A DNA stretch of 64,000 nucleotides from Actinomycetota bacterium (lineage in GTDB: Bacteria; Actinomycetota; Acidimicrobiia; Spongiisociales; ZC4RG35), in contig JBQTHI010000109.1 of NCBI GenBank assembly GCA_052390035.1, positions 1,401 to 65,400 on the forward strand, written 5' to 3'. The translations under genes and the position numbers were made by a program. A model generated the notes under the pieces. The model saw nothing but the letters and a program-made list of their open reading frames with translations, did not search any database and was not told the origin of the DNA. The number at the start of each line of letters is the position of its first letter. Position 1 is the stretch's first letter. Of the stretch, positions 18,184 through 28,473 are shown one piece after another.

Positions 18184-19458
18184 TTAGAAGCCTGGCCGAT
18201 CGGCGACGAAGTGTCCTCCTACCATCACCGAGGTGACGTCGCTGGCGGTGGCGGCGAAGACGGCGGCGGCCAGCCAGTGCTCGGGGGCGATTCCTCGCAA
18301 CCGCTCCGAGTCGAAGTTGATGGTCACGAGGTCGGCGAGGCCGCCGGGGGCGAGTACGCCACCTTCCCACCCGAGGCTCCGGTAGCCGTTGACGGTGGCG
18401 GCGCTGAGCAGCTCTTGAAGCGAGTGGTTTCCCCGGCGCAGCGTGGTAAGCCGCTGGTTGAGCTCCACCGCCCTGGTCTCCTCGAAAGGGTCGATGATGG
18501 CCTGCGAGTCGCTGCCGATCGCCAACCGCGCCCCGGTGGCAGCCAGCCTCATCGACGGACCAATGCCGTCGGCCAGATCTCGCTCGGTGGTCGGACACAA
18601 ACATACCGTGGCTTGCGCTTCGCCGAGCAGACGGATGTCATGGTCGGTGAGATGGGTGCCATGCACCGCGGTGAAGTTGGCGTCTACCAGACCGACCGAG
18701 GCGAGCAGTTCGGTGGGGGTGCAGCCGTGGACGGCCCGGCAGGCATCGTTTTCTGCCGGCTGCTCGGACACATGAGCATGGACCGGCAGCTGCCGATGCC
18801 GAGCCAGCACCGCAACTGCTTGCATCGCCTCCGGGTCGACCGCCCGCACTGAATGGACCGCCAGCGCCCGTTTGGCCTCGGTCCGCCACGACGTGAATCG
18901 ATCCACCCAGGCTTCGGCGGAGCCATCGGAGAAGCGGGTCTGGAAGGCTTCGAGCGGGAGATAGCGACCATCAAGCCCCCCATGTAGATAGACGCTGTCG
19001 ATGATGGTCAAGCGGATCCCCGTTAGGCGAGCGGCTTCGACGAGGGCTTCACCCATGGCATGCGGGTTCTCATAAGGGATGCCACCCGGACCGTGATGGA
19101 GATAATGGAATTCCCCCACCACGGTGTACCCGGCGGCCACCATCTCTGAGAAGACTCCGGCAGCCAGAACTCGATATGAGTCTGGATCGAGCGCAGCGGC
19201 GGCCTCGTACATCTTCTCCCGCCACGTCCAGAACGAGCCCGATCCTTGCTGGCTGCGGCCCCGCATCATCCGGTGGAAGGCGTGGCTGTGGGCGTTGGCA
19301 AAACCGGGCAAGGTAAGACCCCAAAGGCTGGTAGCCCCGGCGGGTGGCGACACCCCGGGAGTGACGCTCGCAATATTCTCCCCGTCGACTTCTATCAGCA
19401 CCCCCTGCTCGGCATCATCGCCGGCCAGCCACGCCTGCTCACACCACAGAGTGGTCAC
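18184..19458 (-). CDS. hutF: Formimidoylglutamate deiminase
   Basis: LPGFANAHSHAFHRMMRG and SFWTWREKMY closely match Pseudomonas HutF (LPGMPNLHSHAFQRAMAG, SFWTWRELMY). GTG start overlaps the def TGA (GTGA). Confidence 0.85.
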   Translation of the reverse strand: MTTLWCEQAWLAGDDAEQGVLIEVDGENIASVTPGVSPPAGATSLWGLTLPGFANAHSHAFHRMMRGRSQQGSGSFWTWREKMYEAAAALDPDSYRVLAAGVFSEMVAAGYTVVGEFHYLHHGPGGIPYENPHAMGEALVEAARLTGIRLTIIDSVYLHGGLDGRYLPLEAFQTRFSDGSAEAWVDRFTSWRTEAKRALAVHSVRAVDPEAMQAVAVLARHRQLPVHAHVSEQPAENDACRAVHGCTPTELLASVGLVDANFTAVHGTHLTDHDIRLLGEAQATVCLCPTTERDLADGIGPSMRLAATGARLAIGSDSQAIIDPFEETRAVELNQRLTTLRRGNHSLQELLSAATVNGYRSLGWEGGVLAPGGLADLVTINFDSERLRGIAPEHWLAAAVFAATASDVTSVMVGGHFVADRPGF

Positions 19459-20024
19459 GAACCGACCCGCTTGACAAAGGCTGTTATGCGGGCAACGAAA
19501 TCATCCTTGTAATGGGCTTCGTATTGCTCCCAAGTGGAGAGGGTGCGAGGGTCGGTGCGGTCGAGGATCAGGGTTCCGTCGAGATGATCGATTTCGTGCT
19601 GGAACGTGCCGGCGGTCAGGCCCCGCTTGACCTCCACGTGTTTGACACCGCTTCGGTCCCAGTAGGTCACCTCGATGTTCACATGACGCTCAAGGAGGCC
19701 CCGCAGGGGAACGGAAAGGCATCCCTCGTTGATCTCGACCATCTCGTCATCGAGAGGGACAAAAGTCGGGTTGATGGCCACCACCAGAGGAATCTGGGGT
19801 TTGTAGGGATAGCGGGGGTTGCTGGCCACCTCGATGGTGGCCATCCGCCATGACGATCCGACCTGGTTGGCGGCGATCCCTGCCCCGGCCGCGTCCCTCA
19901 TCGTGTCTATCAGGTCATCGATGAGTCGTTGCACGTCACCCGACGCCAGCCGTTCGAGAGGCACCGGAACGGTGCCAGCGCGGAGAATTGGGTGCCCCAC
20001 CGCCATGATCGGGAGCACCGCCAT
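19455..20024 (-). CDS. def: Peptide-deformylase-family metallohydrolase embedded in the hut operon (possible N-formylglutamate deformylase)
   Basis: All three PDF motifs are present: GAGIAANQVG (motif 1 with P replaced by N), EGCLS, and HEIDHL. ATG lies 4 nt after the hutU stop, and its stop overlaps the hutF GTG. Confidence 0.85.
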   Translation of the reverse strand: MAVLPIMAVGHPILRAGTVPVPLERLASGDVQRLIDDLIDTMRDAAGAGIAANQVGSSWRMATIEVASNPRYPYKPQIPLVVAINPTFVPLDDEMVEINEGCLSVPLRGLLERHVNIEVTYWDRSGVKHVEVKRGLTAGTFQHEIDHLDGTLILDRTDPRTLSTWEQYEAHYKDDFVARITAFVKRVGS

Positions 20025-20028
20025 CGGT

Positions 20029-21702
20029 CTAGGCGCCCTGAACCATCATCGGTATTTGCACTCCCCGTTCTGCGGCCACGGTCCGGGCCTGGGGGTATCC
20101 GGCGTCGACGTGGCGAATGACCCCCATCCCCGGGTCGCAGGTGAGGACACGCTCCAACTTTTGGGCAGCGAGATTGGAACCGTCGGCGACGGTCACCTGG
20201 CCGGCGTGGATCGAGCGTCCAATCCCCACGCCGCCGCCGTGATGGATGGAGACCCATGATGCCCCCGAAGCGGTATTGACCATGGCGTTGAGGAGTGGCC
20301 AGTCGGCGATAGCGTCTGAGCCGTCGAGCATGTCTTCGGTTTCCCGGTATGGCGACGCCACCGAGCCCGAGTCGAGATGGTCACGTCCGATGACAATGGG
20401 CGCCTTCAGGTCGCCTCGGCGGACCATGTCGTTGAAGCGGAGACCCAGGCGATGACGCTCTCCATAGCCCAACCAGCAGATGCGTGCGGGCAACCCTTGA
20501 TATGCGACTCGTTCGGAAGCCAGCTCGATCCACCGCCGGAGCGGCTCGTTGTCGGGGAACTCTTCCATGACCGCCCGGTCGGTTGCGGCGATGTCGGCGG
20601 GATCGCCGGAGAGGGCGACCCATCGGAACGGCCCCTTACCCTCGCAAAACAGCGGGCGGATGTAGGCAGGGAGGAAGCCCGGATAGTCGAACGCCCTTTC
20701 GTACCCTCCCAGCCTGGCTTCAGCCCGCAGGCTGTTTCCGTAGTCGAAAACCTCGGCACCGGCGTCCATGAAACCGACCATCGCTTCGACATGGGAGACG
20801 ATGCTGGCCCGGGCGCGTCTCACGTACCCGTCCGGATCTTCGATTTTCATTCGTTCGGCCGCCTCGGGAGAAAGGTCCACTGCGGCATAGCTGAACGGGT
20901 CGTGGGCCGACGTCTGATCGGTGAGGACATCGGCGTCGAATCCCTCCACCAGTAGGCGGGGGAGGACGTCGGCGGCGTTGCCTACCAACCCGACCGACAA
21001 CGGCCTCCTCTCGGCTTTCGCCTCCCGGCAGAGCCGCAGAGCGTGGGCATAGTCGTCGGCCTTGACGTCCAGATAGCGCGTTTCGAGCCGCCTCTGCACC
21101 CTCGCCGGATCGACCTCCACACACAGCGCCACTCCGTTGTTCATCGTGATCGCCAGAGGTTGAGCGCCTCCCATTCCGCCCAGACCGGCGGTGACGGTGA
21201 TGGTGCCTGCCAGCGTTCCGCCGAACCGTTTGTCGGCGATGGCGGCAAAACATTCATAGGTTCCCTGCAGAATCCCCTGGGTGCCGATGTAGATCCATGA
21301 CCCGGCGGTCATCTGGCCATACATGGTCAGTCCCAGATGTTCCAGACGGCGGAACTCTTCCCAGGTTGCCCACTCGGGGACCAGGTTGGAGTTGGCGATC
21401 AAAACGCGGGGTGCCCATTCGTGGGTGCGGAAGACACCCACCGGCTTACCCGACTGGACGAGCATGGTCTCGTCGTCCTCGAGGGTTCGGAGAGTCGTCA
21501 GCATGGCGTCAAGAGCCTCCCAACTGCGAGCGGCTCTACCGGTGCCTCCGTACACGACGAGGTCCTCGGGACGTTCGGCGACGTCAGGGTCGAGGTTGTT
21601 CTGCAGCATCCGGAAGGCGGCCTCCTGCGGCCAACCCCGACAGGTCAATTGGGGGCCGGTGGGTGAACGGACAAGACGAGCCATGCCCGCCATTCTGGTC
21701 AT
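20029..21702 (-). CDS. hutU: Urocanate hydratase
   Basis: [45 protein letters not shown]..., near-identical in pattern to Pseudomonas HutU. The true start is at one of three Met codons (21702/21693/21684). The 146-aa upstream extension in the track is spurious. Confidence 0.9.
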   Translation of the reverse strand: MTRMAGMARLVRSPTGPQLTCRGWPQEAAFRMLQNNLDPDVAERPEDLVVYGGTGRAARSWEALDAMLTTLRTLEDDETMLVQSGKPVGVFRTHEWAPRVLIANSNLVPEWATWEEFRRLEHLGLTMYGQMTAGSWIYIGTQGILQGTYECFAAIADKRFGGTLAGTITVTAGLGGMGGAQPLAITMNNGVALCVEVDPARVQRRLETRYLDVKADDYAHALRLCREAKAERRPLSVGLVGNAADVLPRLLVEGFDADVLTDQTSAHDPFSYAAVDLSPEAAERMKIEDPDGYVRRARASIVSHVEAMVGFMDAGAEVFDYGNSLRAEARLGGYERAFDYPGFLPAYIRPLFCEGKGPFRWVALSGDPADIAATDRAVMEEFPDNEPLRRWIELASERVAYQGLPARICWLGYGERHRLGLRFNDMVRRGDLKAPIVIGRDHLDSGSVASPYRETEDMLDGSDAIADWPLLNAMVNTASGASWVSIHHGGGVGIGRSIHAGQVTVADGSNLAAQKLERVLTCDPGMGVIRHVDAGYPQARTVAAERGVQIPMMVQGA

Positions 21703-21750
21703 CCGCGGCGGCTGAGACCTGGCCGCACGTCGCTCGGTATCGTCCCTTCC

Positions 21751-23280
21751 ATGGTGCTGTTGTTGTCCGGATTCGGCGTAACGATCGAGGACGTGGTGGC
21801 GGTGGCGAGAGAAGGCGCGGTCGTCGAGATCACCGCCCAAGCCCAAGAGCGCATGGCTGCCTCTCGTCATATCGTCGACCGGTTGGTCGAGGGCGAGCCG
21901 ACCTATGGCGTTTCGACCGGCTTCGGGGCACTGGCGACGGTCTCGATCCCATCCGAGCGCCGAGCGGCGTTGCAGGTGGCGCTGGTGCGGTCTCACGCCG
22001 CGGGTATGGGCGACACAGTGGAAACCGAAGTGGTCAGGGCCATGACCTTCCTCCGGGCTCGCACACTGGGACTGGGATTCAGCGGGACACGGCCCGCAAC
22101 CGCCCAGGCGCTGGTCGACCTTCTCAACCACCACATTCACCCGCTGGTGCGCGAGTACGGATCACTCGGCGCAAGCGGTGACTTGGCTCCGCTCGCTCAC
22201 GTCGCCTTGGCACTCATTGGCGAAGGTGAGGTGGAGTGGAGCGGGTCCGTAATGCCGGCCATCGCCGCCCTGCGATCCTCCGGACTCACCCCGATCGTCC
22301 TTGCCGAGAAAGAGGGTCTGGCCCTCACCAACGGGACCGATGGCGTCCTGGCGATGCTTTGTCTTGCCGTCGCCGATGCCACGCTTCTGCTCAAGACCGC
22401 AGACGTGGTCGCCGCTCTCACTGTCGAAGCGATGCTGGCCACCGATCGCGCCTTTGCCGCCGATCTGTTGGCCCTCCGGCCTCATCCCGGGCAGGCGGCC
22501 AGTGGGGCCAACCTCCGCCGGCTGCTCAAGGGTTCACCTTTGGTGGCGAGCCACCGCTACGACGATCCCCGGGTGCAGGATGCCTACTCGATCCGCTGCA
22601 CCCCCCAGGTCCACGGCGCCGCTCGTGACACCCTCGCCCATGTTCGGATGGTGGCCGATCGCGAGCTAGCCGCGGCGATCGACAACCCCATGGTGCTTCC
22701 CGACGGCCGGGTGGAGTCGGGTGGGAACTTCCATGGAGCCCCGCTCGGTCATGCCGCCGACTTCCTTGCCATTTCGCTAACCGATGCTTCGGCGATTGCC
22801 GAAAGACGCATGGATCGGATCCTCGACCAGGCCCGTAGCCACGGACTGCCCCCGTTCTTAGCCGATGACCCCGGGGTTGACTCCGGTTTGATGATCGCCC
22901 ACTACACCGCCGCCTCGATGGTGGAGGAGAATCGGCGCCTATCCACCCCAGCCAGCATCGACTCGTATCCGACCTCGGGAATGCAGGAGGACCACGTTTC
23001 GATGGCCTGGGGGGCCGCCCGCAAACTTCGCAAGGTCATCGACAACTACGCCAGGGTGGTGGCGGTCGAGCTGGCCATAGCCGCTCGAGGGGCGGAGTTG
23101 CGGGCAGATGTGGGATTGCCGGCGCCGGCTACTCGAAGGGTGATCGAGCGCCTACGAACGGTGGTCCCGGGGCCCGGGCCCGACCGTTACTTGTCCCCCG
23201 AGTTGCGCGCCGCCGAGGAATTGGTCTCCGTGGGGGCAGTCCTCGCCGCCGCCGAGGGAGTTACTGGGCCTTTGGACTGA
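21751..23280 (+). CDS. hutH: Histidine ammonia-lyase
   Basis: 509 aa with the ASG MIO-forming triad in [11 protein letters not shown]. Confidence 0.9.
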   Translation: MVLLLSGFGVTIEDVVAVAREGAVVEITAQAQERMAASRHIVDRLVEGEPTYGVSTGFGALATVSIPSERRAALQVALVRSHAAGMGDTVETEVVRAMTFLRARTLGLGFSGTRPATAQALVDLLNHHIHPLVREYGSLGASGDLAPLAHVALALIGEGEVEWSGSVMPAIAALRSSGLTPIVLAEKEGLALTNGTDGVLAMLCLAVADATLLLKTADVVAALTVEAMLATDRAFAADLLALRPHPGQAASGANLRRLLKGSPLVASHRYDDPRVQDAYSIRCTPQVHGAARDTLAHVRMVADRELAAAIDNPMVLPDGRVESGGNFHGAPLGHAADFLAISLTDASAIAERRMDRILDQARSHGLPPFLADDPGVDSGLMIAHYTAASMVEENRRLSTPASIDSYPTSGMQEDHVSMAWGAARKLRKVIDNYARVVAVELAIAARGAELRADVGLPAPATRRVIERLRTVVPGPGPDRYLSPELRAAEELVSVGAVLAAAEGVTGPLD

Positions 23281-23284
23281 TGGC

Positions 23285-25435
23285 TCAGGTGTTGAGCACC
23301 ACCACCGGGCAGGGGCAACCGGCCAGCACCCGCTCGACACGGGGGCCGAGGAATAGCCGTCGCGAGGCGGAACGCACCGAGGTGCCGAGAACGACGAGGT
23401 CGGCCCCGATCCGACGAGCCGTCTCCAAGATGGCCTCCTCCGGCTCCGGACCCATCCGCACCTCGAGCTCTGTCGAAACCCCGACGGCCTCACCGAGCTG
23501 GCGGATTTCGCCGGCGATCTGCTGGCCGATCTCGAGCTTGGTGGCCGGCTCGTCGGTGATCGCCCCCGATAACAGGTCGCTCCCCGAGGGAACGACGTGG
23601 ACGACGGTCACCAGCGCGTCCGACTCGGCGACGGCGAAAGCCAGTTCCGCCGCTCGGCGGCTGGCCGGGGTTCCATCGGTAGGCAGGACGATCCGCCGCG
23701 GCCTCCAATTCCGGTCGACCCCCTCGCCTCGCACCACTAATGACGGCACCGGGGCCAGGCGGACGATCTCGTCGACCACCCCGCCGAAGAGGGCCTCGGA
23801 CGTCGAGTCCATCTCGGTCGCCCCCAGCACTACCAGGTCGTAGTCGCGGTTGGCCTCGGCCAGCACTGCCGCCACCGCGCTCTTGGCCTCGATCACCCTC
23901 CGGGTCACCGCGGTGCGCGATCCGAATAGGAGCTCGACCTCGCCGAGGAAATCGTTCACCTGGGAGCGATCGGCCCTGCTGGCGACCGACATCAAGGTCA
24001 CCACCAGGCCGTGATTTGCTGCCAGCCTGCCCAACAGCGCCGCCTCGATGATCTGGGGCCCCCCGGCCGGATTGGCCCGGGGCCGCATCGGCAGCAACAC
24101 CCTTCTGATACCGGCGACCAGCGATCCCTGGACGCTTTCCTCCCGCTTGAGCCGGTCCAGTTCCTCCGCTTCCGGCTCGATACGGCGGAAAGTCGCCCGA
24201 AGGGCGAAGGGCGCCGTCAGCGAAGTCACCACTGCCATCAGTACCACCATCGAAAAGACCTCTTGGCTGAGGATCCCGAGCGATAAACCGATGGCGGCGA
24301 CGATGATGCCTACCGCCCCCCGGGCGTTGAGTCCGGCCCCATAGGCAAGTGAGGTCCAGTGATCCTGGTGGCTGAGCAGGCGGGCTCCCGCATAGGCCCC
24401 CGCCACCTTGCCAATGGTGGCCACACCGATCACGATTCCGGCCAGAGTCAACAACCTGGGGTTGGCCAGACTGGGGATGTCCACCTTCAAACCGGCCACG
24501 GCAAAGAAGATCGGGGAGAGCACCGCCAGGGTCATCCCCTCCAGCTTCTCGGCCACGTCGGGAGGAAGTCTGCGCATCTGCCCAAAGAGGATCCCGATGG
24601 CAAACGCTCCCACGACCGGCTCCAGCCGCAGCCATTGGGAAAAGGCCCCCCAAGCCAACGACAGCAGCACCACCAGAGTCAGGATCCGGTCGCGGCTGTG
24701 AAGGTGGTCCTGGACGAAGGCGATCGAGCGTGCCACGACGACCCTCCCCACCAACGCGGTGGCGACGATGAAGACGGCGACGGTGGCAAACCCCTGAAGG
24801 ATCTCGCTTGCCACGAACCCCCCGGCGGCCGCGAGGCTGGCCACGATCCCGAGCAGTGTCCAGCCAGTGATGTCATCGAGCATGGCGGCGGCGAGCACGG
24901 TTTGTCCGATGTCGCGGCGGATGAGCCGGAGGTCGATCAGCACCTTGGCCAGCACCGGTATGGCCGAGATCGACATGGCGGTGGCGAGAAACAATGCGAA
25001 CAAGCTTCGTTGACTGGGGTCGGCGAGCAGATCGGCGGGGAACACGAGACCGAGGACCAGGCCGGCAATGAAAGGGACGACCAGGCCGCCGATCGCAACC
25101 CCTACCGCCGTCCTCGCCTTACGACGGATCAGGGACAGGTCGGTTTCGAGGCCGGTGATGACCAGGAGCAACATGACTCCGATGAGAGCCACCAGCTCGA
25201 CCAGATGTCCCTGCACCGGTGTCTGCGGAATGACCCAGGCCGCCAATCCCGGGGCCAGCACCCCCAGCACCGACGGTCCCAGCAGAACCCCTGCCAGGAT
25301 CTCGCCGACGACCGATGGTTGCCCGAGGCGGAGGAACAGCTCCCCGAGCAGACGAGCAGCGGCGAGCAGCGCGACCAGCGCTACCAGAACGTGGAGGACG
25401 TCCTGGCTGGGGGCCGCCATGAATGGCGGGATCAA
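23285..25435 (-). CDS. CPA2-family cation:proton antiporter fused to two C-terminal universal-stress-protein (USP) domains
   Basis: About 12 TM helices (GEILAGVLLGPSVLG...) followed by two USP-like modules (DLVVLGATE...VPSLVV; DLVVLGTS...CPVVVL). ATG overlaps the purB stop by 4 nt. Confidence 0.8.
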   Translation of the reverse strand: MIPPFMAAPSQDVLHVLVALVALLAAARLLGELFLRLGQPSVVGEILAGVLLGPSVLGVLAPGLAAWVIPQTPVQGHLVELVALIGVMLLLVITGLETDLSLIRRKARTAVGVAIGGLVVPFIAGLVLGLVFPADLLADPSQRSLFALFLATAMSISAIPVLAKVLIDLRLIRRDIGQTVLAAAMLDDITGWTLLGIVASLAAAGGFVASEILQGFATVAVFIVATALVGRVVVARSIAFVQDHLHSRDRILTLVVLLSLAWGAFSQWLRLEPVVGAFAIGILFGQMRRLPPDVAEKLEGMTLAVLSPIFFAVAGLKVDIPSLANPRLLTLAGIVIGVATIGKVAGAYAGARLLSHQDHWTSLAYGAGLNARGAVGIIVAAIGLSLGILSQEVFSMVVLMAVVTSLTAPFALRATFRRIEPEAEELDRLKREESVQGSLVAGIRRVLLPMRPRANPAGGPQIIEAALLGRLAANHGLVVTLMSVASRADRSQVNDFLGEVELLFGSRTAVTRRVIEAKSAVAAVLAEANRDYDLVVLGATEMDSTSEALFGGVVDEIVRLAPVPSLVVRGEGVDRNWRPRRIVLPTDGTPASRRAAELAFAVAESDALVTVVHVVPSGSDLLSGAITDEPATKLEIGQQIAGEIRQLGEAVGVSTELEVRMGPEPEEAILETARRIGADLVVLGTSVRSASRRLFLGPRVERVLAGCPCPVVVLNT

Positions 25436-26730
25436 ACGAGCTCCAAATCGCGCAGGCGTTCGTAAACCACGTCGCTGTTACTAAAGAAGCGTTGTGGCTC
25501 AAAACAGTTCTTCAGGTCATCCGGCGACAAGGTGACCCGGTCGTCATCAGCCAAAAGGTCGTATAGCTGGGAACCCGTATCCCAAGCTCGGAGGGCGTTC
25601 TCCTGCACGATCCGATAAGCCGTGTCACGAGCGGTCCCCACCGCCACCATCGCCAGCAACACGGCTTGGCTATAGACCAATCCGCTCGTGGCGGACAGGT
25701 TGGCCTCCATTCGCCGCCCGTCGACGACCATGCCATCGATGAGTTGGCGCATCCGTACGAGCATGTAATGCAGGGCGAGGCAGGCATCGGGGACCGCCAC
25801 CCGCTCGGCCGAGGAGTGGCTGATATCACGTTCGTGCCAGAGCGAGACATTCTCGAAGCCCACGACGGCGTATCCACGGAGCAGCCGCGCCATTCCGCAG
25901 ATTCGCTCGGCAGTGATCGGGTTGCGTTTGTGGGGCATCGCCGACGAGCCCTTCTGTCCGGGGCGAAACGGCTCTCGCACCTCCCCCACCTCGGACCGCT
26001 GCAGGTGGCGGATCTCTGTCGCCATCCGCTCCAGGCAAGCTCCGACAAGAGCAATGGTCGCCAGGAACTCGGCGTGCCGATCGCGAGCCGTCACCTGCGT
26101 CGAGGCCGGCTCGGCGATCAAGCCAAGCTGTGAACAGACGTGCTGCTCGATCGATGGTGGAGTGTGGGCGTAGGTGCCAACCGCCCCCGAGATCTTCCCC
26201 ACGGACACCGTCCGTCTCGCTTCGACCAGCCGCCGATGGCCGCGGGCAACTTCGAACGCCCATCCCGCCACCTTGAGCCCAAAGGTGGTGGGCTCGGCCC
26301 AGATCCCATGGGTGCGACCCACCATCACGGTGTCCCGATGTTCGAATGCCTTCTTCCTGACTACGGCAAACAAGTCGGCGGTCGCCGAGATGAGCAGGGT
26401 GGCCGCCTCCGCCATGATTGCCCCCGAGGCGGTGTCCAGCACATCGGACGAGGTCAGGCCGTAATGGAGCCATTCCCCATTGGGAGCGATCCGGGCCGAG
26501 AGCACATCGACAAAAGCGGCCACGTCGTGGTCGGTCAGCTTCTCCCGTTCGGCAACTTCCTCTGGGGTCGGCGTTGGCACGTCCCGGAGTACCGGCGCCA
26601 ACCCGATCGGGGCGACACCGAGTTGAGCCCATGCCTCCAGGGCGAGGGTTTCTACCTCCTTCCAGAGGTCGAGACGGTGGGATTCCGTCCACACCGCCGC
26701 CATCTCGGGAAGCGAATAACGACCGATCAC
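25432..26730 (-). CDS. purB: Adenylosuccinate lyase
   Basis: GSSAMPHKRNP signature. A GTG start giving MIGRYSLPEM matches the conserved PurB N-terminus. The longer track ORF is unlikely. Confidence 0.9.
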   Translation of the reverse strand: MIGRYSLPEMAAVWTESHRLDLWKEVETLALEAWAQLGVAPIGLAPVLRDVPTPTPEEVAEREKLTDHDVAAFVDVLSARIAPNGEWLHYGLTSSDVLDTASGAIMAEAATLLISATADLFAVVRKKAFEHRDTVMVGRTHGIWAEPTTFGLKVAGWAFEVARGHRRLVEARRTVSVGKISGAVGTYAHTPPSIEQHVCSQLGLIAEPASTQVTARDRHAEFLATIALVGACLERMATEIRHLQRSEVGEVREPFRPGQKGSSAMPHKRNPITAERICGMARLLRGYAVVGFENVSLWHERDISHSSAERVAVPDACLALHYMLVRMRQLIDGMVVDGRRMEANLSATSGLVYSQAVLLAMVAVGTARDTAYRIVQENALRAWDTGSQLYDLLADDDRVTLSPDDLKNCFEPQRFFSNSDVVYERLRDLELV

Positions 26731-26833
26731 GCATTCACCATCTCGGCGGAGGGTACCGACCAATCCGCTCCCTCTCACCCCGAACGCCTCGGGGAAGGAA
26801 GCCACCAGCCCGCGTTCTCCTAGCCTGGCACTC

Positions 26834-28018
26834 GTGCGCCGCTTCACCATCCCTCAGGCTCGTCGGATCGCCCTCGCCGCACAGGGTTTTGCCGATCCCC
26901 GTCCCGCCGGGCGGATTGATAACCGTCACCTGCGCCGCGTAATTCAACGGGTGGGGGTGGTTCAACTCGACTCCGTCAATGTGGTTGCCCGCGCCCACTA
27001 TTTGCCGTTTTTCGCCCGGCTCGGCGCCTACCCGATGGAACTGGTCGATCGAATGGCCTGGAGGAGCAGGGAGCTGACCGAATATTGGGCGCACGAAGCC
27101 GCCCTTGTCCCGGTGAACCGGTGGCCCCTCTTTCGTCATCGGATGAGGGCCGGGTGGCATCACTGGCCTTCGATGGCCCGTTGGATGGAGGCGAATCCAC
27201 AGGTGATCTCAGAGGTGATGGCCGAAATCCGACAGCGGGGAGCGCTGCGCCCAGCCGACCTCGATCACCACGCCAACGGGGAGAAAGGACCATGGTGGTC
27301 CTGGTCGGACGCCAAGGGTGCACTCGAAGGACTGTTCTTTACCGGTCAGGTGGTTGTGACGGAGAGGGTCAGATTCGAGCGCTACTACGACCTACCCGAA
27401 AGAGTGCTGCCGGCCGAGGTGCTCTACACCGAGGTGGATGAAGACGACGCCCGCCGGAGGCTTTTGACCTTCGCCACCCAACATCTCGGAATCGGCACGG
27501 TGCCTGACATTGCCGACTATTACCGCATGAAACGGCAGCCGGCCTCGACGATCCTCGCCGACCTGGCGCGGGAAGGGGTGGTCGATGAGGTTGAAGTGAC
27601 CGGCTGGAAGGGCCCGGTATATATCGACCCGTCGGCTCGTCGTCCGCGCCGGATCGAAGCGGTGGCGCTGTTGTGCCCATTCGACCCGGTGGTGTGGTTC
27701 CGACCACGGGCCGAGCGCCTGTTCAACTTTCACTATCGAATCGAGATCTACACCCCGCCGTCCAAGCGGGTATATGGCTATTACGTGTTCCCCATCCTCC
27801 TCAACGAAGAACTGGTTGGACGGGTCGACCTCAAGGCCGACCGCCAAGCGGGGATGCTGCGGGTTCGGGGGTCTTACATCGAGCCAGGCCATGATCCTTC
27901 TCGGGTGGCGGGACCGGTGGCCGGTGAACTCGTTCTGATGTCCGGCTGGCTGGGTTTGAACGGAGTGGTGGTTGAGGAGCGGGGCGATCTGGCCCCGGCG
28001 TTGAGCCGGGCCCTCTAA
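26834..28018 (+). CDS. Winged-helix DNA glycosylase of the AlkZ/YcaQ (HTH_42) family, putative interstrand-crosslink repair
   Basis: About 394 aa. The N-terminal GVVQLDSVNV carries the Q-phi-D catalytic motif described for YcaQ-type enzymes. Overall length and Trp-rich pattern fit the family. Assigned by pattern memory only. Confidence 0.55.
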   Translation: MRRFTIPQARRIALAAQGFADPRPAGRIDNRHLRRVIQRVGVVQLDSVNVVARAHYLPFFARLGAYPMELVDRMAWRSRELTEYWAHEAALVPVNRWPLFRHRMRAGWHHWPSMARWMEANPQVISEVMAEIRQRGALRPADLDHHANGEKGPWWSWSDAKGALEGLFFTGQVVVTERVRFERYYDLPERVLPAEVLYTEVDEDDARRRLLTFATQHLGIGTVPDIADYYRMKRQPASTILADLAREGVVDEVEVTGWKGPVYIDPSARRPRRIEAVALLCPFDPVVWFRPRAERLFNFHYRIEIYTPPSKRVYGYYVFPILLNEELVGRVDLKADRQAGMLRVRGSYIEPGHDPSRVAGPVAGELVLMSGWLGLNGVVVEERGDLAPALSRAL

Positions 28019-28473
28019 CCGGCAAGGGTTTCTTCGGCCAATTGCCGGCGGTAGGCAGCCAGCTTGTTGGTGAGGGCTTGGTCGCCTATGGCGAGGATGG
28101 CCACCGCCAGCAGAGCGGCATTGGCGGCGCCATCAACTGCCACCGTGGCCACCGGGATCCCCGTCGGCATCTGCACGGTCGAGAGCAGCGCATCCAAACC
28201 GTTGAGCGACGCTGACAGCGGCACTCCGATCACCGGGAGCAGCGATTTGGCTGCCATCACCCCGGCGAGATGGGCGGCTTTTCCAGCCCCGGCGATAATC
28301 ACCGAAAAGCCGTCAGCCGCCGCCCCCTCGGCGAAGGCGATCGCCTGCTCGGGGGTCTTGTGAGCCGACAGCACCCTCGTCTCGTACTCCACCTCGAATC
28401 GGGCGAGGATCGCTGCGGCCTTTTCCATAACCGGGCGGTCGCTCCCCGAACCCATCAGTATTGCCACCTTCAT
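28015..28473 (-). CDS. purE: N5-carboxyaminoimidazole ribonucleotide mutase
   Basis: MKVAILMGSGSD...VIIAGAGKAAHL canonical PurE. Confidence 0.9.
   Translation of the reverse strand: MKVAILMGSGSDRPVMEKAAAILARFEVEYETRVLSAHKTPEQAIAFAEGAAADGFSVIIAGAGKAAHLAGVMAAKSLLPVIGVPLSASLNGLDALLSTVQMPTGIPVATVAVDGAANAALLAVAILAIGDQALTNKLAAYRRQLAEETLAG

Noticed and set aside
20029-22140. Long N-terminal extensions in the ORF track for hutU (703 aa), purM (423 aa), purB (472 aa), purS (128 aa), hyuA (686 aa), glcE (439 aa), and the MBL hydrolase (285 aa)
   Set aside because: The track reports the longest ORF from the first ATG/GTG/TTG. Conserved N-terminal motifs, RBS positions and 4-nt stop/start overlaps place the real starts downstream.
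23490-24653. 387-aa minus-strand ORF and several plus-strand ORFs (24359-25465, 25068-25484) lying entirely inside the CPA2-USP gene
   Set aside because: Arg/Gly/Pro-rich low-complexity translations typical of out-of-frame reading of 70% GC DNA. The in-frame antiporter ORF has a coherent TM/USP domain architecture.
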